A stretch of DNA of 64,000 bases from an uncultured Chlorobiaceae bacterium (GTDB lineage: Bacteria; Bacteroidota; Ignavibacteria; UBA10030; SZUA-254): contig CAZFQL010000010.1 of NCBI GenBank assembly GCA_964520905.1, positions 18,872-82,871 on the forward strand, given 5' to 3'. Below are positions 46,053 through 56,404 of the stretch, piece after piece. Under the pieces are notes generated by a model that saw only the letters and a program-made list of their open reading frames with translations, was not told the origin of the DNA and did not search any database. Positions within the stretch are counted from its first letter, which is position 1. Every line of letters starts with the position of its first letter. The position numbers were made by a program, and so were the translations under genes.

Positions 46053-46454
46053 TTAAGCGCTTGTTAGGATATATGGCGCATAAATGATAAGCAGCGTATG
46101 ATGATAGGAGAGAGGCATATCATAGATATTATTCTCGGTAACACTGCCATGGTCGGCAATGAAAACGAATATTGTGTTGCGAAACCATTCCTGATGCGAT
46201 GCTAATTTAATAAACTGTTCAATCGGCCAATCGGCATACTCGACTATCTGGTGTTGCATATCATTCGAACGAGGGTGAAATGGAACATCCTCCGGAATGA
46301 TAAGCGGTCCATGGTCGCTTGCAGTCATGTAAGCGGCGAAGAACGGTTTTCCATCCCTAAAAAGATCATTGAGTTTGGGGGTCGAAAACTCGAACATATA
46401 ATCGTCAGGAACCCCAAGCGTACTCAATACTTTTTCCGATGGATAGTCTTTTTA
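46053..46454 (-). pseudogene. Internal fragment of a sulfatase / LTA-synthase-family gene
   Basis: GVPDDYMFEF...FAAYMTASDHGP...NTIFVFIADHGS matches the middle of sulfatase-fold LTA-synthase-like proteins. The homologous frame is closed by a stop at 46452-46454. The N-terminal membrane domain and C-terminal part are absent. Confidence 0.65.
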
Positions 46455-46501
46455 GCGAAACGATATGCTTGGGCAGATGTTTCAACAAATTAGAGATAGT
46501 A

Positions 46502-47857
46502 TTATCGATTAATCTTCAACTCTTTTATTCTGCGGTAGAGTGTCGGCAGACTGATTTTCAGCTCACGCGCGGTTTTTTCTTTATCGTGATTATTTCGATG
46601 CAGTGATGCGATGATGTATTGGCGGGTTAATTCATTCATTGCGCTTTCGAGTGAGTGTCCGCCATTTAACATGTGAAGCGGCTGGGAAGTGTGGACCGAG
46701 TCGGGGAGATCGGAAACTGTGATGAAATCTCCCTTGCAAAAAATTAGCGCTCGCTCAATGATATTCTCAAGTTCACGGATTTCGCCCTTCCATTCATGCT
46801 GCATTAAACGGCGCATTACTTCATTATCAACACCTTTGATTGTTTTCCGATTCTGACTGCGGTACTTCTCAACAAAATGCTCTACAAGCAAAGGGATATC
46901 GTCTCCGCGCTCGATAAGAGGAGGGAGGTGAATATTAACAACGTCGAGCCGGTAGAACAAATCTTCCCTAAATCTGCCCGCCTCGACTTCTTTGCGTAAG
47001 TCTTTGTTCGTTGAAGCAAGAATTCGAACATCCACATTTATCGAATTTGGGACACCTACCGGAATTATTTCCTTTTGCTCGATTGCTCGCAATAATTTCA
47101 CCTGAAGTTGTAACGGCATCTCGCTTATTTCGTCAAGATATAAAGTTCCTCCGTCTGCAGCTTTGAAGTAACCGATTTTATCTGCAACTGCGCCGGTGAA
47201 CGCGCCCCTCTTATGCCCGAAGAGTTCACTCTCGATAAGAGTTTCAGAAATCGCGCCGCAATTCACTACTACAAATGGTTGTGTATTGCGCAGACTGTTG
47301 AAATGGAGCGCACGGGCAACAAGCTCTTTACCCGTTCCGCTTTTACCTGTAATCAAAACCGTGCTGTCGGTTGGCGACACCATCGAGATCATCTGGAATA
47401 CTCTCTGCATAGCCGAACTTTTCCCGATGATGTTCGCAAAATTAAATTCCTGATGAAGCTCACGTCGAAGAATCTGATTTTCGAGAGAAAGTTTTTTATA
47501 TCCGAGAAGCCGTCGGATTCGGAGGATAAGATCGTCGAAATCAATCGGTTTAAGTATGTAATCGCTTGCGCCTTTGCGTAATGCCGATATTGCAGTATCA
47601 AGTGAGCCGTACGCAGTGATCAAAACTACCGATGTTTGCGGACTCAAATGCATTGCCTTATCGAGGAGTTCGATTCCTTTCATCTCAGGCATCTCGAGAT
47701 CTGTGATAAGAAGATCGAACGTGTCTTCAAGCAGTTTTTGATACGCTTCACTGCCGTTCGATGCTTCTACAACCGAGTAACCTTCTTTATTCAATATGAA
47801 GGACATCGATTCACGAATTATTTTTTCGTCGTCAACTACTAATATTCTATCTGCCAT
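46502..47857 (-). CDS. Sigma-54-dependent response regulator (NtrC/AtoC family)
   Basis: Receiver domain (ILVVDDE...[12 protein letters not shown]), AAA+ domain with [23 protein letters not shown], and a C-terminal Fis-type HTH. Confidence 0.92.
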   Translation of the reverse strand: MADRILVVDDEKIIRESMSFILNKEGYSVVEASNGSEAYQKLLEDTFDLLITDLEMPEMKGIELLDKAMHLSPQTSVVLITAYGSLDTAISALRKGASDYILKPIDFDDLILRIRRLLGYKKLSLENQILRRELHQEFNFANIIGKSSAMQRVFQMISMVSPTDSTVLITGKSGTGKELVARALHFNSLRNTQPFVVVNCGAISETLIESELFGHKRGAFTGAVADKIGYFKAADGGTLYLDEISEMPLQLQVKLLRAIEQKEIIPVGVPNSINVDVRILASTNKDLRKEVEAGRFREDLFYRLDVVNIHLPPLIERGDDIPLLVEHFVEKYRSQNRKTIKGVDNEVMRRLMQHEWKGEIRELENIIERALIFCKGDFITVSDLPDSVHTSQPLHMLNGGHSLESAMNELTRQYIIASLHRNNHDKEKTARELKISLPTLYRRIKELKINR

Positions 47858-47877
47858 TATTTTCTTTTTAGAGAATC

Positions 47878-49380
47878 CTATGATTGAGCGGGAAGGCGGA
47901 TTGTGAATGTTGTACCTCTTCCCTCTATGCTTTTTACCCTAATTTCACCCCGGAAGCTTTTGATTATTCCATAACTTACCCAAAGTCCGAGGCCAGTACC
48001 CTCGCCGACTTTTTTCGTCGTATAAAATGGCTCGAATATTTTCCCAAGATCTTCCTGTCGTATTCCCTTGCCATTGTCTTCTATCATTATTAACAATGAA
48101 TCGTCCGTAAGCGTTGAACTGACATTGATTGTTTTAGATACCTTGTATGGAAAAGCCCCGGGCGTCTGATCCAGAAGAGCATCGGTAGCATTAAGCAATA
48201 AATTGATGAATACCTGCTCGATCTGATCGGGCACTAGAGGTAGAAGCGGAAGATTATCTTCGAGCGCTGAATTGAAGGAGATATCTTTTGCTTTCTTGCT
48301 TACCTTGATAATCTCAATCGCGTCAAGGATCACTTTATTGATATCGGTAAGCTGAACTTCATAAGTAGAACGCCGGGAGAAATCGACGAGGTCGCGGATG
48401 ATACGTGATATGCGCGTGATCTGGCTTTTGATCAGTTCGAGTTTCTCTTGAGTAAATTCATCATCATTAGTTCGCTGGATGACCTGGACGAGAGAGGATA
48501 TCGATGCTAACGGATTTCCTACCTCGTGAGCAAGACCCGCGGCAAGCATACCTATGCTTTCCATTTTCTGCGCATGAATCAGTTGTTGTTCAAGGTATTT
48601 CTGGTCGGACAAATCGCGATGAATACCAAAGTAACCGACGACTTTTCTATCGTTGTTTACAATAGGTGAGATCAGGAGCTGTGTGAAGAATGGCTCGCCG
48701 GTGCGTTTTTTATTTTCAACTTCTCCGACCCAAACTTTTCCGGCAGATATATTCTGCCACATTTTTTGCCAGAACCCATGCGGATGTTTGTTGCTGCTAA
48801 AAATGTTCGGATTCTTCCCGAGTACTTCCTCTTTCGGATAACCGCTGGCGCGCTCGAAAGCAGGATTCACATATATTATTTTACCATCAGGGTCGGTGAT
48901 TTCTATCGGGTTAACCGTATACTGTGCGAGATTTGTGAAACGAAGCAGATCGAGTTCTTGTTTTTTCCTATCGGAAATATCGCGCGCAACGACGAGACAT
49001 CCTTTTTTTGACGAATTAATATCGAACGGGAGTGCATTGAGACAGAGTTCGACACTTAATGGTACTTTATTCAATTGCTCTATCTCAGCTTCAATCCTGA
49101 TTGTTTTATCATCGCTTAGAACATCTTTTAGATTATCTTCAAAGTATTGTCGGATATTCTTTGTTAAAAAGAATGAGAATGGAAGACTGACTGGTGATTC
49201 ATGCAAGCCATTAATAACCGCGAGTCCCTTTTGATTTGCTTCGATGAGCGTTCCTTTATCGGAGACAATAAAGCACATATCCGGGAAAGCGTTGCAAATA
49301 TCCATCCAATTACACTGATAAGTATGGGATTTTTGAATAGTATTTTCAGGTCGACGAGATTTCAATTTGTCGTTTTTCAT
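47878..49380 (-). CDS. PAS-domain sensor histidine kinase (no TM segment seen, so probably cytoplasmic)
   Basis: Two PAS-like segments, HisKA H-box LAHEVGNPL, and HATPase_c N/G boxes (LLLNATDA, DNGKGI, GTGLGL). It lies immediately upstream of the regulator on the same strand. Confidence 0.9.
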   Translation of the reverse strand: MKNDKLKSRRPENTIQKSHTYQCNWMDICNAFPDMCFIVSDKGTLIEANQKGLAVINGLHESPVSLPFSFFLTKNIRQYFEDNLKDVLSDDKTIRIEAEIEQLNKVPLSVELCLNALPFDINSSKKGCLVVARDISDRKKQELDLLRFTNLAQYTVNPIEITDPDGKIIYVNPAFERASGYPKEEVLGKNPNIFSSNKHPHGFWQKMWQNISAGKVWVGEVENKKRTGEPFFTQLLISPIVNNDRKVVGYFGIHRDLSDQKYLEQQLIHAQKMESIGMLAAGLAHEVGNPLASISSLVQVIQRTNDDEFTQEKLELIKSQITRISRIIRDLVDFSRRSTYEVQLTDINKVILDAIEIIKVSKKAKDISFNSALEDNLPLLPLVPDQIEQVFINLLLNATDALLDQTPGAFPYKVSKTINVSSTLTDDSLLIMIEDNGKGIRQEDLGKIFEPFYTTKKVGEGTGLGLWVSYGIIKSFRGEIRVKSIEGRGTTFTIRLPAQS

Positions 49381-49554
49381 CTATATTGAGAGATCAGAAC
49401 ATTAGTTTACATTTGAATATACTCTTCAGGTACACTAATTTCAAATTTGAAAAAGGCGGTAAGAAATCCGACTCATTTTTAAGAAGACGTTTCAATATTG
49501 AATATGTTTGACTTTGAATCAATTTCCTCGTATTTTTTTTATGAAAGAAACGGC

Positions 49555-49827
49555 ATGGAAGTCAGCGCACGCATAATAGTTAACGGTATGGTACAGGGAG
49601 TCGGTTTCAGATTTTTTGTTTTTAGGCAAGCTACAAAATTAGGACTTAGCGGCTTTACGAAAAATTTGTATAATGGAGATGTTGAAATAGAGGTCAGCGG
49701 CGATAGAGCTTTCATAGAAGAGTTGATCCGGGAAGTAAAGATCGGACCTCGAGCGGCACAAATAACAGATGTTAAAATAAAATGGATACAACCTGTTCTG
49801 CACTTTAATAATTTTGAGATAAGATAG
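49555..49827 (+). CDS. acyP: Acylphosphatase
   Basis: VNGMVQGVGFRFFVFRQATKLGLSGFTKNLYNGDVEIEVSG is the acylphosphatase signature. The ATG at 49555 gives the usual ~90 aa. Confidence 0.85.
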   Translation: MEVSARIIVNGMVQGVGFRFFVFRQATKLGLSGFTKNLYNGDVEIEVSGDRAFIEELIREVKIGPRAAQITDVKIKWIQPVLHFNNFEIR

Positions 49828-49830
49828 ATT

Positions 49831-50328
49831 ATGGATGTACGCTTCGGTATAGGGTATGATGTTCACAGGTTAGTGACTAATCGAAAGTTAATTCTTGGCG
49901 GTGTTGAAATTCCATACCTGAAAGGATTAGTCGGTCACTCCGATGCCGACGTGTTATGTCATGCATTCGCCGATGCCTTATTGGGTGCCGCGGCGCTTGG
50001 CGATATAGGTAAGCATTTTCCCGATACAGATCCGCGCTTCAAAGATATTTCCAGCCTGGTTTTGCTTCGTCACGTTGGCGGCTTGGTGCGGTCGAATAAT
50101 TTCGAAATCATTAATGTTGATTCAACGTTGTTGCTCCAACAGCCCAAGATTAATCCATACGTCAAGAAAATGCGTGAGAATATTGCACAGGCTTTGGGTT
50201 TGCACATGAATCAGGTATCTGTGAAGGCGACTACGAATGAAGAACTCGGTTATATCGGTATGGGTGACGGCGCTGCCGCATATGCCGTTGCTTCTATCCG
50301 TTCAATCAATCTGAATCTCGGTCTATAA
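49831..50328 (+). CDS. ispF: 2-C-methyl-D-erythritol 2,4-cyclodiphosphate synthase
   Basis: [30 protein letters not shown] and [14 protein letters not shown] are present. Confidence 0.95.
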   Translation: MDVRFGIGYDVHRLVTNRKLILGGVEIPYLKGLVGHSDADVLCHAFADALLGAAALGDIGKHFPDTDPRFKDISSLVLLRHVGGLVRSNNFEIINVDSTLLLQQPKINPYVKKMRENIAQALGLHMNQVSVKATTNEELGYIGMGDGAAAYAVASIRSINLNLGL

Positions 50329-50340
50329 TCTCAATCCCCC

Positions 50341-50952
50341 TTGAATGAATTCATCCAATACCTCTCGACAGTTGATCCAGTCTGGATATATGCAATAATA
50401 TTTTTTGTCGCATTCATCGAGAATCTATTTCCACCCGCGCCAAGCGATGTTTTAGTAGTATTCGGCGGCGCCCTGGCGGCTATGGAGCGAGGTCATTTCT
50501 TAGCCGCATTCATAGCAGGTACATTCGGGGCAACATTGGGCTTTATGACTATGTACGGAATCGGAAAGTGGTTCGGAGAAAGAATTCTGGAAAAAGGAAA
50601 AATAAAATTCATCAAACTTGAGACATTGCATAAGTTCGAAAAATGGTTTACCAAGTATGGACTCTGGCTGATCGTTGCTAATAGATTCCTTACCGGAACC
50701 AGAGCTATCGTTTCTTTCTTTGCCGGAATGTCCGAATTAGATTTTAAGATGACAACAATTTTGTCGTTCGTCAGTTCGTCGCTGTGGTACGCTATACTCG
50801 TAACAGCCGGGTATTCGTTAGGGAAGCATTGGGAAAGAATCGGTTTTTACTTGAAAACTTACAGCATAGCTATTACGACATTGGTTATTATCGGCATAAC
50901 AATAACTGTTATCAGGTATTATATTCAAAAACGTAAAAACCAGAAATCATAA
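50341..50952 (+). CDS. DedA-family (VTT/SNARE-associated domain) membrane protein
   Basis: FVAFIENLFPPAPSDVLVVFGG and the RFLTGTRAIVSFFAG pattern. TTG start. Confidence 0.8.
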   Translation: MNEFIQYLSTVDPVWIYAIIFFVAFIENLFPPAPSDVLVVFGGALAAMERGHFLAAFIAGTFGATLGFMTMYGIGKWFGERILEKGKIKFIKLETLHKFEKWFTKYGLWLIVANRFLTGTRAIVSFFAGMSELDFKMTTILSFVSSSLWYAILVTAGYSLGKHWERIGFYLKTYSIAITTLVIIGITITVIRYYIQKRKNQKS

Positions 50953-51545
50953 TGGTTGATTTTATTTACAACATTGACCGGGCAATTTTTATATTTTGCA
51001 ATCAAACTTTGGCAAATCCGATTTTCGATTTCGTGATGCCACCTTTGACCAACTGGAATCAATCATGGTTCGGATTAACGTTAGTCAGTGGATTATGGCT
51101 GCTGCTATTCTGGAAAGGAGGAAAGAAGGGCAGGATATTCTGCCTTTTACTTATTCCATTAATTCTTCTAAGCGATCAGATTAGCAGCACAGTGATTAAA
51201 CCTCTTTTTGCCCGACCAAGGCCCTGCCATCTTATTAATGGGTTACCTGTTATAGAAAACATTCATCTCCTTGTCACATGTGGTGCGGGATACTCATTTC
51301 CGTCATCCCATGCTGTAAATAATTTTGCGTTTGCTACATTCATCTCTTTTTACTACCGTCGATGGTCGTGGTTGGCTTTCACGTATGCCGGCATTATGGG
51401 CTTTTCCCGAATCAGCGTCGGCGTACATTATCCATCGGATGTGCTTGGAGGAATAGCAGTCGGCGTCTTCTGTGCTTTTATAATTATTATGATGTGGGAA
51501 AGTTTATCGAAAACATATCCGGCTTTATCTATCGGCAGAAAATGA
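50952..51545 (+). CDS. PAP2-family phosphatase (undecaprenyl-diphosphatase / phosphatidic acid phosphatase type 2)
   Basis: The three PAP2 motifs are present: KPLFARPRP, PSSHA and SRISVGVHYPSDVLGG. Confidence 0.85.
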   Translation: MVDFIYNIDRAIFIFCNQTLANPIFDFVMPPLTNWNQSWFGLTLVSGLWLLLFWKGGKKGRIFCLLLIPLILLSDQISSTVIKPLFARPRPCHLINGLPVIENIHLLVTCGAGYSFPSSHAVNNFAFATFISFYYRRWSWLAFTYAGIMGFSRISVGVHYPSDVLGGIAVGVFCAFIIIMMWESLSKTYPALSIGRK

Positions 51546-53179
51546 ATATCAGACAATACAGATTATTTCTTGCTTTGATATTCGGGTTGATGCTCGGTCT
51601 CGCATATCCGCCGATACCTACAGGTATCACAGCGGCATTCGCTTTCGTTCCATTTTTTCTTCTTTTCGAATCGATAGATAAATACGGTACCGGATTTCGT
51701 TATTCATACTTATCATTCTTCATCTTCAATCTGATTACATTGTACTGGGCTGGCGGTTTTGCATACTGCAGAGATATGTATCAGATGGTCGCTGGTATAT
51801 TGCTTCTAATTGCTCATCCGATATTCTTCAGTGTGCCGATAATGTTCTGGATTTTTATCAGGCGGCAATTAGGATTTAAAATTTCTGTTCTGATGTTTCC
51901 TTTTCTGTGGGTTGCCTTCGAATATCTCCATTCTCTGACCGAGATAAGTTTTCCATGGCTTATCCTTGGAAATACGCAGACATACGATTTATCCGTAATT
52001 CAATTCGCATCTCTTACAGGAGTTTATGGAGTATCGTTCTGGCTTCTCTGGCTTAATGTTCTGGCTTTTATTTTATTCACGAAAATTTATCTTAAAGAAT
52101 GGAAGCCGTTAAGTCCTTTATCTTCGGGTACATTGCTATGTATTCTGGTTATATATTTTGTCCCAAAATATTTTGGTGACCGGATATTACACAATCCCCA
52201 ACCTGCCAATGGCACAAGTGTTCAGATTGCAGTTGTTCAACCCAATATAGATCCATTTGAGAAATGGGATGAAAGACCGGAAAAATCTTTGGATATTATT
52301 CAACAACAAACCGACAAAATTTTGTATAAAGGAGTCGATCTTATTCTTTGGCCCGAGACGGCGGTACCGTTTTATATTTTACATCCGGCTAACCAATCAT
52401 ATCTCGAGAAACTCAAACGACAGGTAAACTCAATTAACTGCAATCTTTTAACCGGTATACCGGATATTAAATATTATTTACAAACAGATGATATACCTAA
52501 GACCAGCAAAACATCTCTGACCGGTGAACACTACGATACATATAATAGCTCTATGTTGTTACAGCCGCATAGAGACGACATTCAAAAATATGCCAAGATA
52601 ATTCTTGTACCGTTTGCGGAGCGGGTTCCTTTCTCAGAAGCGTTAAATTTTCTCAATGCCATGCAGTGGAATTTCGGTCTCGGTGGTTGGTCACATGGCA
52701 AAGATACCACAGTTTTCCGATGCATGACGTTGGATGGCAGGGAAATAAAGTTCTCTAATATGATCTGTTATGAATCGGTATATCCTCAGTTGGTTTCCGC
52801 TTTTGTTCGCAGAGGCGCTCAATTCTTAACGGTAATAACGAATGACAGTTGGTGGGGGAATACATCGGGATCATATCAGCATAAACAAATTGCTATCATG
52901 CGTGCGATTGAAAACAGGCGTTGGGTTGTCCAATGTGCGAATGGCGGGATTTCAGTATTTATCGATCCGTACGGAAATATCACCCAGGAAACGAATATGT
53001 ACGAGCAGTCAACATTATTCGGCAGTGTTCAGGTTGTCGAGTCACAATCCTTTTACACACGTCATGGTGATTGGTTGGCAGAAGCAGCATTAATAATATC
53101 AGCTTTTTTTCTTTCAGCGGCAATCAGTAAGAAATTTTATAAAAATATTAGACGGAAAGATTTGCATGAAGTACATTGA
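51542..53179 (+). CDS. lnt: Apolipoprotein N-acyltransferase
   Basis: N-terminal multi-TM region and C-terminal CN-hydrolase domain (IAVVQPNI, ILWPETA, NMICYES). The ATG at 51542 overlaps the PAP2 stop (ATGA). Confidence 0.9.
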   Translation: MNIRQYRLFLALIFGLMLGLAYPPIPTGITAAFAFVPFFLLFESIDKYGTGFRYSYLSFFIFNLITLYWAGGFAYCRDMYQMVAGILLLIAHPIFFSVPIMFWIFIRRQLGFKISVLMFPFLWVAFEYLHSLTEISFPWLILGNTQTYDLSVIQFASLTGVYGVSFWLLWLNVLAFILFTKIYLKEWKPLSPLSSGTLLCILVIYFVPKYFGDRILHNPQPANGTSVQIAVVQPNIDPFEKWDERPEKSLDIIQQQTDKILYKGVDLILWPETAVPFYILHPANQSYLEKLKRQVNSINCNLLTGIPDIKYYLQTDDIPKTSKTSLTGEHYDTYNSSMLLQPHRDDIQKYAKIILVPFAERVPFSEALNFLNAMQWNFGLGGWSHGKDTTVFRCMTLDGREIKFSNMICYESVYPQLVSAFVRRGAQFLTVITNDSWWGNTSGSYQHKQIAIMRAIENRRWVVQCANGGISVFIDPYGNITQETNMYEQSTLFGSVQVVESQSFYTRHGDWLAEAALIISAFFLSAAISKKFYKNIRRKDLHEVH

Positions 53180-54197
53180 TCTGAGAAGCGACACTGTTAC
53201 AAAGCCGTCAATTGGGATGCTGAAAGCTATGATCGGTGCCGATGTTGGTGATGATGTCTATGGTGAAGATCCTACGGTGAATAAATTGCAAAAAAGAATT
53301 GCTAAGATGTTCGGTAAGGAAGATGCGCTGTTCGTACCGAGCGGAACTATGGGAAATGAAGTTTGTATCAAGGTGCATACCCATCCCGGAGATGAGATAA
53401 TCGTCGAACAGGATTCACACATATTTGTGTACGAAACCGCAGGACCTTCTCTTCTCGCCGGTGTTCAGATGAATTCGATTGCCGGTAAAAGCGGTAATAT
53501 GACGGTCGAACAGATTAAGCGGGCGATTCGCCCGAAGGCGTATTATCTTCCAACTACAAAACTTATCTGCATAGAAAATACTCACGGTCGATCTTCCGGA
53601 TCAATAATTCCTATAGATGAGATTAAGAAGATCCATGCCCTTGCCGTCAAAGAAAATATCCGAATGCATCTCGACGGTGCACGGCTCTGGAATGCATCGA
53701 TTGCTTCAGGGATCTCGGTGAAAAAATACGCACAATATTTTGATACAATATCTGTATGCTTCTCTAAAGGACTTGGTGCTCCTATAGGTTCGATTATTAT
53801 CGGTAGTGCTGATATTATAAAGCAGGCAAGGGTATATCGAAAGATATTCGGCGGTGGAATGAGGCAGGTTGGTATTCTTGCCGCGGCTGCGTTGTATGCG
53901 CTTGATAATAACATCGACAGGTTAAAAGAAGATCATAAAAAAGCTTTCCACTTCGCTACAGAACTTAGTGAACTTCGCCAGTTTATAATTAATATGGATG
54001 AAGTACAAACTAACATGGTAATGATCGACATTCATCATACAGGAAAAACTCAAAAAGAAGTTTTAAATCTATTGAAAAATAACGGCATACTGTTGACTCC
54101 TGAACGTAATACATCGATAAGAGCTGTGATGCACATGAATGTTTCTTTGCTTCAGGTGAAAGAGACAGTCAAAGTGTTTAAGTCACTTTTTAAATGA
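53166..54197 (+). CDS. ltaE: Low-specificity L-threonine aldolase (PLP-dependent, beta-eliminating lyase family)
   Basis: DLRSDTVTKPS, GDDVYGEDPTVNKL, PSGTMGNE and SVCFSKGLGAPIGS (PLP lysine) are present. Confidence 0.9.
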   Translation: MKYIDLRSDTVTKPSIGMLKAMIGADVGDDVYGEDPTVNKLQKRIAKMFGKEDALFVPSGTMGNEVCIKVHTHPGDEIIVEQDSHIFVYETAGPSLLAGVQMNSIAGKSGNMTVEQIKRAIRPKAYYLPTTKLICIENTHGRSSGSIIPIDEIKKIHALAVKENIRMHLDGARLWNASIASGISVKKYAQYFDTISVCFSKGLGAPIGSIIIGSADIIKQARVYRKIFGGGMRQVGILAAAALYALDNNIDRLKEDHKKAFHFATELSELRQFIINMDEVQTNMVMIDIHHTGKTQKEVLNLLKNNGILLTPERNTSIRAVMHMNVSLLQVKETVKVFKSLFK

Positions 54198-54405
54198 TTT
54201 AGGAACTATGAAAATTTACATATAACTCCAATTCACGTCAAGAATTATGATATAGCCGATAATATTGCTGTCCATATTTGACTCCAACAATCGTCCAGGG
54301 TTCCAAGAAAAGTAAATGAAAGTTTTCGGAGCATAGTCCGACTATGAGGGTGTAAAAATAGAGCTATCTTCATCCTATCCGAGAATTAGAGCCTTAATAT
54401 TTTTC

Positions 54406-54478
54406 TTGCTATTGAAAAAAAGGATTAGTATATTAACATATCCTCGTAAGAAAGTCCCACATATGGGACTTTTTTTTT
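54406..54478 (+). promoter_or_regulatory. Sigma-70-like promoter followed within ~40 nt by an intrinsic terminator (leader/attenuator candidate for rimP-nusA-infB)
   Basis: TTGCTA (54406-54411), 17-nt spacer, TATATT (54429-54434). Then AAAGTCCCA (54451-54459) / TGGGACTTT (54464-54472) and a run of nine T in total reaching 54478. Confidence 0.5.
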
Positions 54479-54520
54479 GAGCCGATTTTAAACACAATTT
54501 TGCCATTTATAGTTTTTTTT

Positions 54521-54973
54521 GTGCAAATAACTCAGAAAATCAAAGACATTATTGAGCCTGTAATAGACTCAAACAATGCTTTTCTCGTAGATATCGAAAT
54601 CAGAGGAAGTCAGTCAGGAAAGATTATAGAAATATTCATCGATAACGATGAAGGTATTACGACTGATCTTTGTGCAAAGATCAGCCGAGAGATTTCTCCT
54701 ATGATTGATGCTGCAAGCATATTTCAACAAAGATATCACCTTATCGTATCATCACCTGGGATTGACAGACCGATAAAATATCCCAGACAATATCCTAAAA
54801 ATATCGGAAGAGAATTTTCAGTAAAATATAATTCAGAAACAGGTGTGGATAGAGTCCAAGGTGTTTTAATTGCGGTAAGTTCTGATGAGATCACTATTCG
54901 AACAAAAGAAGGCTCTGAACGGAAAGTTACATTCGGTGAAATTATTGAAGTGCGAGTAATAGCTTCGTTGTAA
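54521..54973 (+). CDS. rimP: Ribosome maturation factor RimP
   Basis: IKDIIEPVIDSNNAFLVDIEIRGSQSGKIIEIFIDNDEGIT...VSSPGIDRPI fits RimP, and it lies upstream of nusA. The start is uncertain (TTG 54500 or GTG 54521). Confidence 0.85.
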   Translation: MQITQKIKDIIEPVIDSNNAFLVDIEIRGSQSGKIIEIFIDNDEGITTDLCAKISREISPMIDAASIFQQRYHLIVSSPGIDRPIKYPRQYPKNIGREFSVKYNSETGVDRVQGVLIAVSSDEITIRTKEGSERKVTFGEIIEVRVIASL

Positions 54974-55012
54974 GAATACAGATATTGTTATTATAAAATT
55001 TAAGGAAATAGG

Positions 55013-56380
55013 ATGAATTACGAAATTGTTGAATCATTTTCTCAGATGGTTCGGGAAAAAAGAATTGACAAAGATATGTTAACCAGCATTATCGAAGATG
55101 TTTTTTCGATGATGGTACGCAAGAAATACGGTATGGAAGCACGGTTCGATGTCGTTGTTAATATGGATAAGGGTGATATCGAAATCTATCTCGAAAAGGT
55201 AATAGTCGAATCTGTCACTGATCCTTCTACACAGATTGATCTGGCAACTGTAAGAAAGAAAACAGATGAGAAACTGGACATCGGAGATGATTTTGTAGAA
55301 GTTATCAACCTTCAAAGTTTTGGAAGGCGACTTATAATCAGCGCAAAACAAAATCTCAATCAGCGGATCAAAGAGGTTGAGAAGGAAGTTGTATACAACG
55401 AGTACAACAATGCGGTTGGTGAAATCATCGTAGGTGAAATATACCAGATTCGCAAGGGCGAGATACTGATAAATCATAATCGCAACGAACTGATTCTTCC
55501 CAAAAATGAACAAATCGCCAAAGAGCGATATCGCAAAGGAGAAACTATTAGGGCGATCATCAAGGAAGTGCGGAAAAATGTTGCGACTCCGATGGTGATT
55601 ATTTCTAGGGCAGATCCCAAATTCCTGGCAAAATTATTTGAAACTGAAATTCCTGAAATCTACGATGGTATTATTGAAATCAAAGCCGTAGTTCGTGAAG
55701 CAGGAGAGCGGTCCAAAGTAGCAGTCGAATCGCACGATGACCGTATTGATGCAGTAGGCGCATGTGTTGGGATGAAAGGTGTCCGCATTCATGCAATAGT
55801 GCGCGAGATGAATAATGAAAACATAGATGTAATCAATTTCTCAGATAATTCATCGGTCTATATTCAACGTGCGCTTGCTCCCGCTAAGCTAAAGAGCGTT
55901 GCAATCGAAGAATCCACGAAAATTGCAACTGTTGTAGTCGATAAAGATCAAGTCTCTCTGGCAATCGGACGCAACGGACAGAATATCCGACTCGCCTCGC
56001 AACTCACCGGTTACGAAATCAACCTTATTAAGGAAGGCGGTGAGGAAGAATACGATATGGACCTTGATGAATTCAGAGAAGAATTGGGCGAGCCGCTCTA
56101 TGAGAGATTGGTTGATGAGGGTTACACAACTGCACGCGCCGTCTTAGAAGCCGATTTAGATGATTTATTGGAAATCGATGGCTTATCGGAAGATAGAATT
56201 AAATCGCTTAGGGAAATGATGCAACGCGAATACGAAGAAGCGGAAGTTGATGAGGATGCTGGAGAGAAGGATCTCAAAAAGTTTATTTCTTCAAAAGCTG
56301 AAACGAATGAGAAAAAAGAATCTGTTGAAAACGCCGAGACGAATGAATCAACGTTAACTGATGAAGGAAATAAATCCTAA
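55013..56380 (+). CDS. nusA: Transcription termination/antitermination factor NusA
   Basis: NTD, S1 and two KH domains (ACVGMKGVRIHAIVREM, AIGRNGQNIRLASQLTG) plus an acidic C-terminal extension. Confidence 0.95.
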   Translation: MNYEIVESFSQMVREKRIDKDMLTSIIEDVFSMMVRKKYGMEARFDVVVNMDKGDIEIYLEKVIVESVTDPSTQIDLATVRKKTDEKLDIGDDFVEVINLQSFGRRLIISAKQNLNQRIKEVEKEVVYNEYNNAVGEIIVGEIYQIRKGEILINHNRNELILPKNEQIAKERYRKGETIRAIIKEVRKNVATPMVIISRADPKFLAKLFETEIPEIYDGIIEIKAVVREAGERSKVAVESHDDRIDAVGACVGMKGVRIHAIVREMNNENIDVINFSDNSSVYIQRALAPAKLKSVAIEESTKIATVVVDKDQVSLAIGRNGQNIRLASQLTGYEINLIKEGGEEEYDMDLDEFREELGEPLYERLVDEGYTTARAVLEADLDDLLEIDGLSEDRIKSLREMMQREYEEAEVDEDAGEKDLKKFISSKAETNEKKESVENAETNESTLTDEGNKS

Positions 56381-56404
56381 TTATAAGGATCGATTATTAT
56401 TTCT

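Noticed and set aside
51362-51541. A 60-codon upstream extension of the lnt ORF, with similar upstream extensions of pheS (20183-20269), ribF (59492-59542), the UbiA gene (42928-42984) and acyP (49498-49554).
   Set aside because: The extensions overlap the preceding genes or hairpins and lack homology-like sequence. Internal ATG starts reproduce the normal N-termini of each family.
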